Virus record (IMG/VR): IMGVR_UViG_3300012921_000046
Span: 629-64,628 of that record
Strand: one strand, 5' to 3'
Length of the DNA stretch: 64,000 bases
DNA from: a virus
Lineage: Duplodnaviria > Caudoviricetes
The position numbers were made by a program, and so were the translations under genes. Of this stretch, positions 17,934 through 27,438 are shown one piece after another. The notes under the pieces were generated by a model. The model was not told the origin of the DNA and did no database searches. It was given only the letters and a program-made list of their open reading frames with translations. The first letter of the stretch is position 1. Every line of letters begins with the position of its first letter.

Positions 17934-19331
17934 TCAGGCGACGGCGCGGGTCGCGGTGAGCCGGGCCACGATCCGGGCGTGGAGGTCTGCCATGCTCTCG
18001 GGCGTGGCCTGCTGGAGGTCAGCGCTCACCTCGGCGGCGGGGTTGTGTCCGCCCCCATCGCGCTCCGCCTTCCACGCACCCTGCACCGTGGCGATCATCG
18101 TGGCCCGCAGCGTGCGCCCGTGGCTGGTGAGTTGCGCCAGCGGCAGCGATTCCCAGCGGTCAGGAATCTGAACCGTCACGCCCATCCGCTCGGCGGCGGC
18201 GATCATGCGCCGCAGCAGGTCAATGGCAGTGGCGCGCGGGTCCGCCGGCGCCTTCAGGTCGCGTGCACCAGCCAGATCGCGTACCTCCTGGGCCACCGTA
18301 ATCCAGCCCTCGACCGTGGCCGGCCGGGGCAGCAGCCGGCCCATGTAGCGCTGCACCACCTGCCACGTGGTGCCGCCGACCGTCTCGCCGTAGCGCGCGA
18401 AGAAGCGCGCCTCCGCATCGGCCACCGTCATGCCTGACGGGTGCGCGGCCGGCTCCCCCGCTCCTTCGGCCGCGTCATCCTCGTCCTCGGCCTCCGGCGC
18501 CGGGGCGGGCGCGCGCTCCGGCGCGGGCGGTGGCGGAGGCTCATCGCTGCCGGCGAAGCCTAGCGCCCAGGCCTGCACTCCAGGCCAGTGCACTACGGCG
18601 GCCTCGGCTACGGATTCGGGGCGCCAGATGCCCTTGATGTAGGCGGAGTCAATCGTGGGCGGGTGGAGCGAACGGAACGGAGTCACCATCGTGGTGTCTC
18701 CCTTGCCGAAAGGCTCTTCTTCCCCCGGGCCGAGCCGCAGTGCCAGATCACAGAGCAGCACGGGCTCAGACAATCCATCGGGGCGCAGCGCATCGGCCGC
18801 CTCACAAACGCGTACGTGGTCGATCAGCGCGACCAGCAGCTTGTCGGTCATCCGACTCTTCGTGGTGATCTGGACAGGATCGACTATGCCGACGCTGCCA
18901 AGCAGCCCGAGATAGCCGCGGACGCTGAGACGTGACTTGTCACCGTCATCCCAGCGCAACCCAAGGCCGGCCTCCAAAGTGGACTGGTAGGCGCTCGGAT
19001 GCATCGACGCGGTGATGGTTGGGGCGACCGGCCCTTGGGTCAGGGGGTAGAAGTGGAGATCGAACTCCTGCGCCCCGAATGGTGTCAACGCCCAGTGTGC
19101 CTTCACCTCCGGCGAACCTGGGCGCTGGTGCTGTACCTCGATCAGTTCAATGCCGAGATCCTTGCCGAGATCCTTCAACGCAGCATCGAGGTGCTCGAAC
19201 ACACCGGCTTCCGTCCGAAAGCCGACGTGCGAGACAAAGCGCCCCTTGCCTGCCTTGCGAGCCATAGTCTTCCCGTTGTCGTACACGACAACTGGCGCCT
19301 TCTGGATGGCCTGGACCTTGTTCCGCTTCAT
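17934..19331 (-). CDS. Hypothetical protein
   Basis: Long ORF with phage-like codon use and RBS. Confidence 0.75.
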   Translation of the reverse strand: MKRNKVQAIQKAPVVVYDNGKTMARKAGKGRFVSHVGFRTEAGVFEHLDAALKDLGKDLGIELIEVQHQRPGSPEVKAHWALTPFGAQEFDLHFYPLTQGPVAPTITASMHPSAYQSTLEAGLGLRWDDGDKSRLSVRGYLGLLGSVGIVDPVQITTKSRMTDKLLVALIDHVRVCEAADALRPDGLSEPVLLCDLALRLGPGEEEPFGKGDTTMVTPFRSLHPPTIDSAYIKGIWRPESVAEAAVVHWPGVQAWALGFAGSDEPPPPPAPERAPAPAPEAEDEDDAAEGAGEPAAHPSGMTVADAEARFFARYGETVGGTTWQVVQRYMGRLLPRPATVEGWITVAQEVRDLAGARDLKAPADPRATAIDLLRRMIAAAERMGVTVQIPDRWESLPLAQLTSHGRTLRATMIATVQGAWKAERDGGGHNPAAEVSADLQQATPESMADLHARIVARLTATRAVA

Positions 19332-19384
19332 GGTCGTGGATCTTCCTTGTGCTTCGCTGATCTTCCTGTGCGGTGCGGATGTGC

Positions 19385-19951
19385 CTAGAAGGGTATGTCT
19401 TGGCCCTCGTCGCCGGTGGGCTCGGGAGGCGGAGCGTCGTCACCAAAGCCCGGTAGGCGGAGCGGGGGCGGGGCGCCGTATTCAGCGCGGGGCGCGGCCT
19501 TGATGCCGGCCTTGTGCGCCTCAGCCAGCTGCTTCATCCCGTCGATAAAGGTCGACGCCTGGCCCTTGGTCAGCGTCACCAGGTCGACACCCTGCTCGGC
19601 GGCATAGCTGGCAAGCTGCCCGCCCGACCAGCCCAGGTCGTCCTGCAGCCGGGCGATGTAGTTGCGCTGCTTGTCGCTGGCCGGGGCGTCGGGGTCGCGG
19701 GGCGCGTAGCTGGCGCCGTTGCCGTTGCTCGCCGGGAGCGCGGCCGCCCGCCCCTGGCGTGCCTCCTGTGCCTGCTCCTCGACGGCCTCGCGCTGGGCGC
19801 GGTAGATGCGCCAGCCCAGGTCCACGGCCCGCTGAACCTCGTCGTCCGTTGCGTTTATTGGAAGAGCAACCGTCTCCTCCAGCGTGATAAAGTCTTCGCC
19901 GACACGGATCGCCGCGCGGTAGGTCCGGGTTACGAGCTGCTCGTTACTCAT
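19385..19951 (-). CDS. Hypothetical protein with SSB-like acidic tail
   Basis: APASDKQRNYIARL, LTKGQASTFID; ends GDEGQDIPF. Confidence 0.75.
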   Translation of the reverse strand: MSNEQLVTRTYRAAIRVGEDFITLEETVALPINATDDEVQRAVDLGWRIYRAQREAVEEQAQEARQGRAAALPASNGNGASYAPRDPDAPASDKQRNYIARLQDDLGWSGGQLASYAAEQGVDLVTLTKGQASTFIDGMKQLAEAHKAGIKAAPRAEYGAPPPLRLPGFGDDAPPPEPTGDEGQDIPF

Positions 19952-19983
19952 GGTGGTTGCTCCGTTGCCGCTGTCCAGGCGGC

Positions 19984-20448
19984 TCAGAAGGGCATCGGCT
20001 CGTCGGCCGGGAGCCGGCGCACCACCCGGGCGAGCAGCCCGTGTAGCAGCCGGTCGGCCACCTGATCAAGGGCCTGGTCGAAGGTCGCGGTATCGTCGGG
20101 GTCGCCGTCGAGCTGGAACGCGCGGCTCAGCGCGTCCGCCATCCGTGCGCGCGTCGCCCACTCGCTCGCGCGCCGCTCGTCCTTCCAGGTTTCGATCTGC
20201 GCCTCCACTCGCCCGTGCTCGGCTTCGACCTGGCGCAGGTGGCGGAGTGCGGCCTGATAGCCCGGGTGGTCCGCGACCGCAACGGCCAGGACACGCTTGC
20301 GCTCCTCGTCACTGGAGCCCAGCGCTTTGACACTGCCGGCCGCCGTGATCGCTTCCTGTTCGGCCCGAAGCTTGGCCCGGGATTCGGCGTCCCGCGCGTC
20401 GCGCAGGCACGCCATGCAGTCTGCGAGCTTTATGTGGAGGTCGTGCAT
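19984..20448 (-). CDS. Hypothetical coiled-coil protein (alternative GTG start at 20595)
   Basis: ORF track 19984..20595; helical heptads; ends ADEPMPF. Confidence 0.7.
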   Translation of the reverse strand: MHDLHIKLADCMACLRDARDAESRAKLRAEQEAITAAGSVKALGSSDEERKRVLAVAVADHPGYQAALRHLRQVEAEHGRVEAQIETWKDERRASEWATRARMADALSRAFQLDGDPDDTATFDQALDQVADRLLHGLLARVVRRLPADEPMPF

Positions 20449-20644
20449 ACTCGTCCTGATTTCTGTCCGCGTGTCCGGCGCATATGCGCTGTCCGGAATT
20501 GACAAACGATTCAAGCGTGATACTATGACTAGGCGTTCGAGTGGCTGTAGGCTATCATCGCCGAGAGGAGCGACGATGAAGCCCCCATGGCACACAACTC
20601 AATCCTTTCTGTTCAGCGGCGCTGTATCAGCGTCGCTTTTTTCA

Positions 20645-20711
20645 TGTCCAACGCGAAGGATATTTGTCCTATCGATAGGACAATGATACCACTTGCACAC
20701 CCTGGTGTCAA
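20645..20711 (-). promoter_or_regulatory. Main leftward early promoter with tandem operators
   Basis: TTGACA(20711-20706)-17 bp-TATCAT(20688-20683); perfect palindrome TTGTCCTATCGATAGGACAA (20664-20683) and second site TGTCCAACGCGAAGGATA (20645-20662). Confidence 0.85.
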
Positions 20712-20771
20712 TGACAGCGGGGGGCGAGGCAGCATGGCAACGAGGATCACCCTGACGACGAGGAGCAGCGC

Positions 20772-21188
20772 ATGGCGCGCAAGCGGTCTGAACGCACACT
20801 CATCGACAACGGCCTTGCCCGGCGCCTGTTTCAGGACGTGGAACGCACGTCGATACGGGAGATTGCCGACAAGATTGGCATTTCAAAAAGTGCCTTGGAC
20901 CATCTCCTGTACGAAATCGACGAGTTCCCGAAGCTGGAAACGATCGAGCTGATCGCCCGGTATCTCCAGATGCCGAGCTATGAGGTGCTTCGCCTTGCCG
21001 GGTTCGACGCGCAGATCCCGGCGGACGTAGATCAGGGTGCGCGCCTTATCCAACTCGCCGAGAAGCAGCCGGAGCTGCGCCGGGTGCTGCGTCAGATTCC
21101 GAAGCTGAGCCCGGAGCAGACGAAGTCGTTGCTGATCTATCTCGAGGTGCTTCAGCGAGAGACGACGTCGGAGGACGACGACGAATAG
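20772..21188 (+). CDS. XRE-family HTH repressor (CI-like)
   Basis: SIREIADKIGISKSALDHL...PKLETIELIARYLQMP; divergent from the early operon; GAGGAG RBS. Confidence 0.88.
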   Translation: MARKRSERTLIDNGLARRLFQDVERTSIREIADKIGISKSALDHLLYEIDEFPKLETIELIARYLQMPSYEVLRLAGFDAQIPADVDQGARLIQLAEKQPELRRVLRQIPKLSPEQTKSLLIYLEVLQRETTSEDDDE

Positions 21189-21425
21189 GGGCCAGAGCGC
21201 GGTCGATGATGCGGGTCAGGTTAAGCCACTCCTGCGAGTCCATGCGCTTCCCTCGACTATGCCTGTCGGACTCCCAATCCTAGCAGGCGAACACACGTTC
21301 GTAAATGACGATCGGATGACGGCGCGACGCCAGCATTCGATACCGAGTCCCATCATACGATAAGCGACGAACACTCAGTACCGTACACATGCGGGGCGTG
21401 GTGTTTTCACCACGCCCCGCATGTG

Positions 21426-21641
21426 TTATGCCACTGGCGCTGGCGGCGAGGCGGCGGGCTCGGCCTCGCGCGGGGCGGCGGCCGCGTCGATCAGCTGGGT
21501 CTGGAGCTCGGCCAGCGCACGGGCAATCACGAGCACTCGGTCGCGGGCGATGCTGTTGCTGGCGACGACAGGCACACCGTCGGCGCCGATGGCGATGGTG
21601 ATAATGGCGATGGGCGGGGCGGTCGGGGTCGGGGTGGACAT
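21426..21641 (-). CDS. Small hypothetical protein
   Basis: RBS-preceded ORF at the end of the tail operon. Confidence 0.6.
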   Translation of the reverse strand: MSTPTPTAPPIAIITIAIGADGVPVVASNSIARDRVLVIARALAELQTQLIDAAAAPREAEPAASPPAPVA

Positions 21642-21644
21642 GGG

Positions 21645-22139
21645 TTATGAGCCTCCGAGGATAGGCAGCCACAGGGTGGCCGGCTGTGGGCCGTCGAGCA
21701 GCAGCCCCGACGGCGGGATCGGCGCGGCGGACAAACGGTAGGGGCCCCAGGTGCGAGTCGGGCCGTAGCCGGACTCGACGATGTAGTACACGTCGTCTGG
21801 CTGGGCATCGGCATAGAAGTGGACGCACGCCACCGTGCCCCCGCGGTAGGAGCCGTAGCCCGTGACGCCCCAGCCGCAGCGGTGGCGTGGTGGATCGGTG
21901 ACAGGGTTGTCGTCGGCGTGGTAGTGGCGGGCTTCCAGCGCGGTGGTGTCCGTGTTGACGGTGATCCGCAGCTCGCGGACGGCCGGGTTGTCAGGAACGG
22001 CAAAGATCATCACCCGGGGCGGAACCGGGGCGGACGCTGCATTGTCGGCCCGGGCCCCGCCGCCGAGCAGCGGGAGCAGCGCGAGCAGCGCGAGCAGGCC
22101 GACCAGCAGGAACCGAACACGGGATGGAGTCGGGTACAT
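21645..22139 (-). CDS. Secreted/membrane-anchored hypothetical protein
   Basis: Signal peptide RVRFLLVGLLALLALLPLLGGGARA. Confidence 0.7.
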   Translation of the reverse strand: MYPTPSRVRFLLVGLLALLALLPLLGGGARADNAASAPVPPRVMIFAVPDNPAVRELRITVNTDTTALEARHYHADDNPVTDPPRHRCGWGVTGYGSYRGGTVACVHFYADAQPDDVYYIVESGYGPTRTWGPYRLSAAPIPPSGLLLDGPQPATLWLPILGGS

Positions 22140-22148
22140 GGGCGTCTC

Positions 22149-24590
22149 CTACGCGGCCGGTGGCCGCAGCTGGTCCACCATCATTTCGAGCCGGTCGATC
22201 CGGCGGCGCAGGTCGGTGATCTCCTGCTCCTGCGCGGCGTTATCGGCGACCAGGTACGGGATCAGCTCGGTGGTCGCCACGGCGTGGTAGCCGTCCTCGC
22301 CGGTGACGACCATCTCGGGGAACACCTCCTTCAACTGCTGGGCGATAAAGCTGACGGTGCGACGTCCGCGCGGGTCACCACGGTAGCGGGCCTGGGCCGG
22401 GCGCAGGCGACGAAGGCGGCGCCGAATGTCGCGCAGGGTATGCGCGTCCTCGGCGGGGTACGCGATCTCGTCTTTGCTGCGCTCGTCCGACTCGTAGAAC
22501 CAGGCGGAGGCGTGGAGGTAGCCGGAGTAGCGGCTGAGGTTCATCACCTCGGGGCCCGTGCCGCCGTCGGCGTTCCAGTTGACGGCCTGGTTCACACCGG
22601 TCGAGACGGGCGAGACCATAAAGCGCATCACGCCCCCGCTCGACGAGAAGAAGATGCCGCCGGCCCGCTGGCTGCTCGCCCCCGCGGCCACGGTGTAGGC
22701 GGTCTGGTTCGCGGCGGATGGCAGCGCGGTCTGGGCGGCGAGGTAGCAGTTGAACAGGATGCAGGATGTATTGCCGAACCCGCTCGACTGGACGTATGTC
22801 GTCGCCGTCGAGCGGTAGGCCTCGAAGATTCCGCCGGCGCTCGCCGCAAACCCGGTCGGGTAGTTCGGGTCGCTGCTGTTGTTGGTGACCATGACACTGT
22901 GCCCGGCGCGGATCTGGCCGTCCGGGCCAGTCGTGAAGCTGGCCGGCTGCTGCGTGACGCCGACAAACAGGTGCCGGTCAACCCGCAAAGCACTCGGGAT
23001 ATACACACCCTGCGACCACCACTCGGCAGGATCGGCAAGCCGGACCCAGTCAAGGCTGGCCGCGCGGATGAGCGTTGCTCCCTCGTCGATGAGGCCGTTG
23101 CTCTGCTGCCAGCGGTACTCCTTCGCCCGCATGATCCCCTCGCCGGCCTGGGACGTGTAGAATGCGCTCACCCCGTGCCGAACGCCCAACCCCTGGTTGT
23201 CATTATTGAGCGCCAGGACGTCGGTGCCGCTGAAGCTCAGACGGAGCCCCGAGGCAAACCCCTCGCTGTTCTGTGCGCGGACGGTCAACGCCACGCTCTG
23301 GCCGGTCGCCGTGGCCGTGAACTGATGGGCTGCCACCACCCCGCCGGTGTTCGCGGAGGTGGCGGAGAAGGCCAGGAACCCGCCCCCCGCCACCTGTCCG
23401 GTGATCGAGGCGATGGTGTTGGCCCCGTTCAGCCAGCGGATGCGCTTGGTATCGGTGTTGCCCTGGGTCAGGGTCATCCCCGCGGCACTCAGCCGCAGGT
23501 CGCCGCCGCCGGCGACGATCGAGCCGTCGGTGTCGACATACGCCTGGACGAACGTGCCGCCGCGGAACTGGAGCTGCCCCAGCGCCTGGCTGTACCGCAT
23601 GTTCGCCTGGTTCACACCGTTCCGCCCGATCAAGATGTCCCCGGCGGCCAGCGTCTCGCCGGCCTCGCCGGCCGCCCCGGCCGCGCCCTTCACCAACAGC
23701 AGCGTGCCCGCTGCGATCGCGACGTTTGTGCCCTGAACAATGTCGCCGTTGGCCTTCAGGCCGATCCGCTGCGTCCCGTTGCCCCAGAGCTGGATGTCGC
23801 CGCCGGACAACTGGACGAAGCTCCCCCCGCCCGGGTCGTTCACCCTGACACTCGGCACCGTACTGTCGAGCACGATGTACTCGGCCGTGTTCACCCGGAG
23901 CGCCAGGCGGTTGGTCGTGATCCGCACGTTCGCCTGTGACGCCGCCTGCTCCCCGATGGTGATCGTGCCGTCGTTGAACCAGCGGCCCTTGGCCACCGAG
24001 CCCTGCATGATCCGCACACCGTTGGACGCGTCGGCGCCGATCCAGCTCTTGTCCGGCGCGTAGCGGCCAACGGCAACGCCATACACATCCGTGCCGTAGT
24101 CGTAGAGCCCCTTCAGGTTGCCGAGCGCGGCGTGCTCGGTCCAGTCGTTGTAGCTCGTTGAGTTGCGCACATTGAGCGCAATCGCCGGGCCGGCTTGGTT
24201 AGCACTCTTCACCCCGCGCAGGGAGTACAGGTCGATGAAGCCCGAACCCGCCTGGCCGGTGTTGAAGATCGCGTCGCCGGCGTACCAGTCGTTGGCCCCA
24301 CTGCCGTCGAGGTTGCGGGTCACGGTGTACAGGTAGGTGCCGCCGGCATCGGCCGTGTTCAGGCGGAACAGGCCCGGGCTGGTGCCGGCCTCCAGGAGCA
24401 CCGCGTCGAATTCCGTGCCCGCGCCGCTGACGTCCTCCAGCACAATGCGAATGATGCCGCTCGCGGGTGCCGTGCGGACGACGCTGATCGTCTGCCACTC
24501 GCGGCTGGCCGTGACATCCTGGCTCGTGGCCGGCGTGAAGACGCCACCTTGGGCTAGGTGCACACGTGCGGCGGTGGCGGGAGTGGTCAC
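22149..24590 (-). CDS. Tail fibre/spike with C-terminal peptidase S74-like intramolecular chaperone
   Basis: SDERSKDEI...LRRLRPAQARY...FIAQQLKEVFPEMV followed by a coiled coil; Gly/Ser/Thr-rich beta repeats. Confidence 0.85.
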   Translation of the reverse strand: MTTPATAARVHLAQGGVFTPATSQDVTASREWQTISVVRTAPASGIIRIVLEDVSGAGTEFDAVLLEAGTSPGLFRLNTADAGGTYLYTVTRNLDGSGANDWYAGDAIFNTGQAGSGFIDLYSLRGVKSANQAGPAIALNVRNSTSYNDWTEHAALGNLKGLYDYGTDVYGVAVGRYAPDKSWIGADASNGVRIMQGSVAKGRWFNDGTITIGEQAASQANVRITTNRLALRVNTAEYIVLDSTVPSVRVNDPGGGSFVQLSGGDIQLWGNGTQRIGLKANGDIVQGTNVAIAAGTLLLVKGAAGAAGEAGETLAAGDILIGRNGVNQANMRYSQALGQLQFRGGTFVQAYVDTDGSIVAGGGDLRLSAAGMTLTQGNTDTKRIRWLNGANTIASITGQVAGGGFLAFSATSANTGGVVAAHQFTATATGQSVALTVRAQNSEGFASGLRLSFSGTDVLALNNDNQGLGVRHGVSAFYTSQAGEGIMRAKEYRWQQSNGLIDEGATLIRAASLDWVRLADPAEWWSQGVYIPSALRVDRHLFVGVTQQPASFTTGPDGQIRAGHSVMVTNNSSDPNYPTGFAASAGGIFEAYRSTATTYVQSSGFGNTSCILFNCYLAAQTALPSAANQTAYTVAAGASSQRAGGIFFSSSGGVMRFMVSPVSTGVNQAVNWNADGGTGPEVMNLSRYSGYLHASAWFYESDERSKDEIAYPAEDAHTLRDIRRRLRRLRPAQARYRGDPRGRRTVSFIAQQLKEVFPEMVVTGEDGYHAVATTELIPYLVADNAAQEQEITDLRRRIDRLEMMVDQLRPPAA

Positions 24591-24599
24591 AGTAATCTC

Positions 24600-26345
24600 C
24601 TACAATACATCCAGGACGTGGCCGAGGTTGACGCCGCCCTGGGTGCCGAGGTGGAGGTTCGGCGCCGTTGGCGCTGGCGCCGGGGCCTCAACCTTGTTCC
24701 CCGACGTCCGCACCCGCACGCTCACGACATACGACGCTCCGGGGGTCAGCCCGCCCACATCCTGCCAGATCCGTCCGCTCTTGACCTGCACCACGCGCCG
24801 GCCGTGCGGCAGCGTCCCTGGCTCGCCGTAGCTGTAGTCGACCGTTGCCCCGGCATCCTTGCTCCAGAAATTTGGCGTGCTCCCAGTCCAGTCCTCGAAG
24901 CTCGCGTTGCGCACCGGGTTCTGGAGTACCCCGGTCACCCCGAAGAACTCGACCTTGCCGTCCGCCTCCATCCGCAGAATGTCGCCCGTATTGACCCGGT
25001 AGCGACTCAGCAAGGTGGTACTGGTGGACAGCAGGTCAGCGTCGAGGATCGAGGTTGGGCCCACCAGGATGCGCCCGCCGATGGTGGCCTGAGTCTCCTG
25101 CGCGACCAGCGTTTCGATCCACAGTTCGGCCCCGTGGATGCTCAGCCACTTCTTCTGAATGCTGCCCAGGTTCGTTTCGTAGGCGTTGGCTGGCCGGACG
25201 GTGCGCCCGCGCGGGTTCAGGATGAGCTCGCCGAGGGGCTGCACCTCCATGCTCCCACCGCCACCCACCATGAATCGCGCATAGTTCGCGCTGTCATAGC
25301 GCAGCCGCAACTGCTCGGTGCTGCTGCGCGCGTCGAGCGCCGCAGTGGGTACTACGTTGTCGCCGAAGGCGCCCCAGCCAGCGACGGCCAGGTTGCCCGC
25401 CTCCGCCCCTGCGCCCTCGCCGCTGACCAGGAGCGTCTTCGCTGCCAGGCGCGACAGGAACACGTCGGGCCGTGCGGCTCCTGTCCCCATCCCGATCATG
25501 CCGTTGGTATGCAGCGCCAGCCGGGGGTGCGCCTCGCCGCTGACCTGGCTGACCAACGCCCGGCCGTTCGCGAAGCCCGTCGCCGCCGGTGCGGTGACCT
25601 GGATGTGCGGGGCAGTCTGCTGTCCGGCCGCCGTAATCACCAGCCCCGTGTTCTCGACGATCGGCGTCAGGTCGAGGTCGACCAGGGTCAGGTTGCCCGC
25701 GCCGTCGGTCTTCAGCAGACTCGTGGCCGCGCCCGGGGCTGAGGATGCCGCGACGGCGTGGGTGTGGCTGCCCGCGGCAGCGTTGGTCGAGCTGGCGCTG
25801 AGGGTGCCCGGCGTGGTCAGCGCCACACTGTTGGCGTTCACGGTCAGCCCCGCGCCGGCGCCGACGGCCAGGTTCTGAGCACCATCGATCACGAGCCCGC
25901 TTATGGCCGCTAGAGTCAGCCGGATAGTGAGGCTCGATCCCAAGGCCGCCGTGGTAATGCCGTCGCCTCGGGCAAGCACGACGCGCTGGCCCGCGTTGGG
26001 GACCGCGTGTGCACCGCTGGCATCGGTCAGGGCGATGAACGCGGCGTGGTGCGCGTTGGGGTTGGCGACGTGGATATCGTAGGCGGCCTTGAAGATGTCG
26101 AGGTCGACGCCGTCGATCGTCACCCCGCTGCCCACCGCGAGGTTGCCGACTAGGGACCGCGAGCCGTCGAGCTTCAGGAACTGCGGCGCCTGGCTGTCGG
26201 CCAGCGTGCCGGTGTGCAGGCCCCCGCTGAGGCTGTGGGCCGTCGTCGTGCCGCCGCCCACGATCTCCAGGTCGAGGAGCCGCCGAAACGTCTTGACGAC
26301 GAGGGGCTCCAGGCGCAGCCACAGGTTGCTGACGGAGTCGGCCAT
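24600..26345 (-). CDS. Tail fibre/minor tail protein
   Basis: Beta-repeat composition (TIDGVDL, EQLRLRYD), tail-module position. Confidence 0.75.
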   Translation of the reverse strand: MADSVSNLWLRLEPLVVKTFRRLLDLEIVGGGTTTAHSLSGGLHTGTLADSQAPQFLKLDGSRSLVGNLAVGSGVTIDGVDLDIFKAAYDIHVANPNAHHAAFIALTDASGAHAVPNAGQRVVLARGDGITTAALGSSLTIRLTLAAISGLVIDGAQNLAVGAGAGLTVNANSVALTTPGTLSASSTNAAAGSHTHAVAASSAPGAATSLLKTDGAGNLTLVDLDLTPIVENTGLVITAAGQQTAPHIQVTAPAATGFANGRALVSQVSGEAHPRLALHTNGMIGMGTGAARPDVFLSRLAAKTLLVSGEGAGAEAGNLAVAGWGAFGDNVVPTAALDARSSTEQLRLRYDSANYARFMVGGGGSMEVQPLGELILNPRGRTVRPANAYETNLGSIQKKWLSIHGAELWIETLVAQETQATIGGRILVGPTSILDADLLSTSTTLLSRYRVNTGDILRMEADGKVEFFGVTGVLQNPVRNASFEDWTGSTPNFWSKDAGATVDYSYGEPGTLPHGRRVVQVKSGRIWQDVGGLTPGASYVVSVRVRTSGNKVEAPAPAPTAPNLHLGTQGGVNLGHVLDVL

Positions 26346-26346
26346 G

Positions 26347-27438
26347 CTACATCCCGATGCTGAACAGCTCAGCGAACACGTCGGCCTTGCCGCGGGTCGT
26401 GAGCGTCCAGCTGCCGGCGGCGGTGTCGAACTCCGCCGCCTCCAGAAAGAAGCGGGTGGGGTCCTGCACCGCGCCGAGGTTGAGCGTGGCGGGGATGTCG
26501 CGCACCCGGCCCCAGCGTCCCACCGGGGGGATGTGGGGCGGCAGCGGCTGGTTCATTGGCGTGTGGACCCGGCCCTCGCGCGTGACGAGCAGGTAGTCGT
26601 CGTCAGCCGGCTGGGCGGGCTCCGGCACGATGCGCAGGTAGCGCTCCTGGGTCACCGTGGCCAGCGAGCGTAGCCCGCCGCCCACGCCCTGCTTCAGCAG
26701 CTCCAGGATCACGTCGCCGGCCTTCGTGTTGCCGTCCTGGGTCGGCTCGCTCGTCAGGCTGCTCGTCTGGTCAATGCGGGTGCCGACGAAGAACTGGCCG
26801 ACCGTCGACACGCAGTCCACGATCTGCTGCGTGAGGCTGACCTGCCCCGTCGCCGTGGTCGCCCAGTAGCGCCACCAGAGCGTTTCCCACCAGCCCTTGC
26901 ACACAAAGCGGATTTCAGCCGCCGCCTCGTCCCCCGAGTCAAACGCGATCGTGCCCATCGGGTAGGCCTGTTGGCCGAGCAGCAGGTCGCGCCGCGCGTC
27001 CGCGAGTGCCGCGTTCGCCTGGCTCAGGTTCTCCCGCAGCTCCTTGATCCCGAACAGCGCGATGCTGCGCTCATTGAAAGCGGGCGCGGTCGGCAGGCTG
27101 TCCGTGCCCGCCCCCTCCTCGGAGTAGAACACGGTGACCCAGTTGCTGAGGCTGTCGAGCGTCGCCCCAAGCGTGATGCTGCCGTAGCGCAGCGCCACCT
27201 CATGGACATAGCCCCACCAGACCGGCACCCCGCGGCCCGAGCGCAGGATGACCGGGCAGCGCAGCCGGTCGAACTGTGACGCCAGCGCGGCGAGCGAGCC
27301 GCGGCCCACCACCTCGGCCTGGGCCGGCCCCCCGATGGCGGCCCAGCCAAAGCGGGTCACGTCCCAAGTGATGCCCGGTGTCGCGATCGGCTCCAGGAAC
27401 GACCGGGTCTGGATCTCCGGGGTGATGACGACGCTCAC
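26347..27438 (-). CDS. Tail tip/baseplate hub-like protein
   Basis: GTG start VSVVITP; position after the distal tail gene; SIALFGIKE motif. Confidence 0.65.
   Translation of the reverse strand: MSVVITPEIQTRSFLEPIATPGITWDVTRFGWAAIGGPAQAEVVGRGSLAALASQFDRLRCPVILRSGRGVPVWWGYVHEVALRYGSITLGATLDSLSNWVTVFYSEEGAGTDSLPTAPAFNERSIALFGIKELRENLSQANAALADARRDLLLGQQAYPMGTIAFDSGDEAAAEIRFVCKGWWETLWWRYWATTATGQVSLTQQIVDCVSTVGQFFVGTRIDQTSSLTSEPTQDGNTKAGDVILELLKQGVGGGLRSLATVTQERYLRIVPEPAQPADDDYLLVTREGRVHTPMNQPLPPHIPPVGRWGRVRDIPATLNLGAVQDPTRFFLEAAEFDTAAGSWTLTTRGKADVFAELFSIGM

Noticed and set aside
21819-23939. 706-aa plus-strand ORF and many similar long Arg/Gly/Ala-rich ORFs
   Set aside because: These are antisense or alternate-frame shadows of real high-GC genes, with no motifs.
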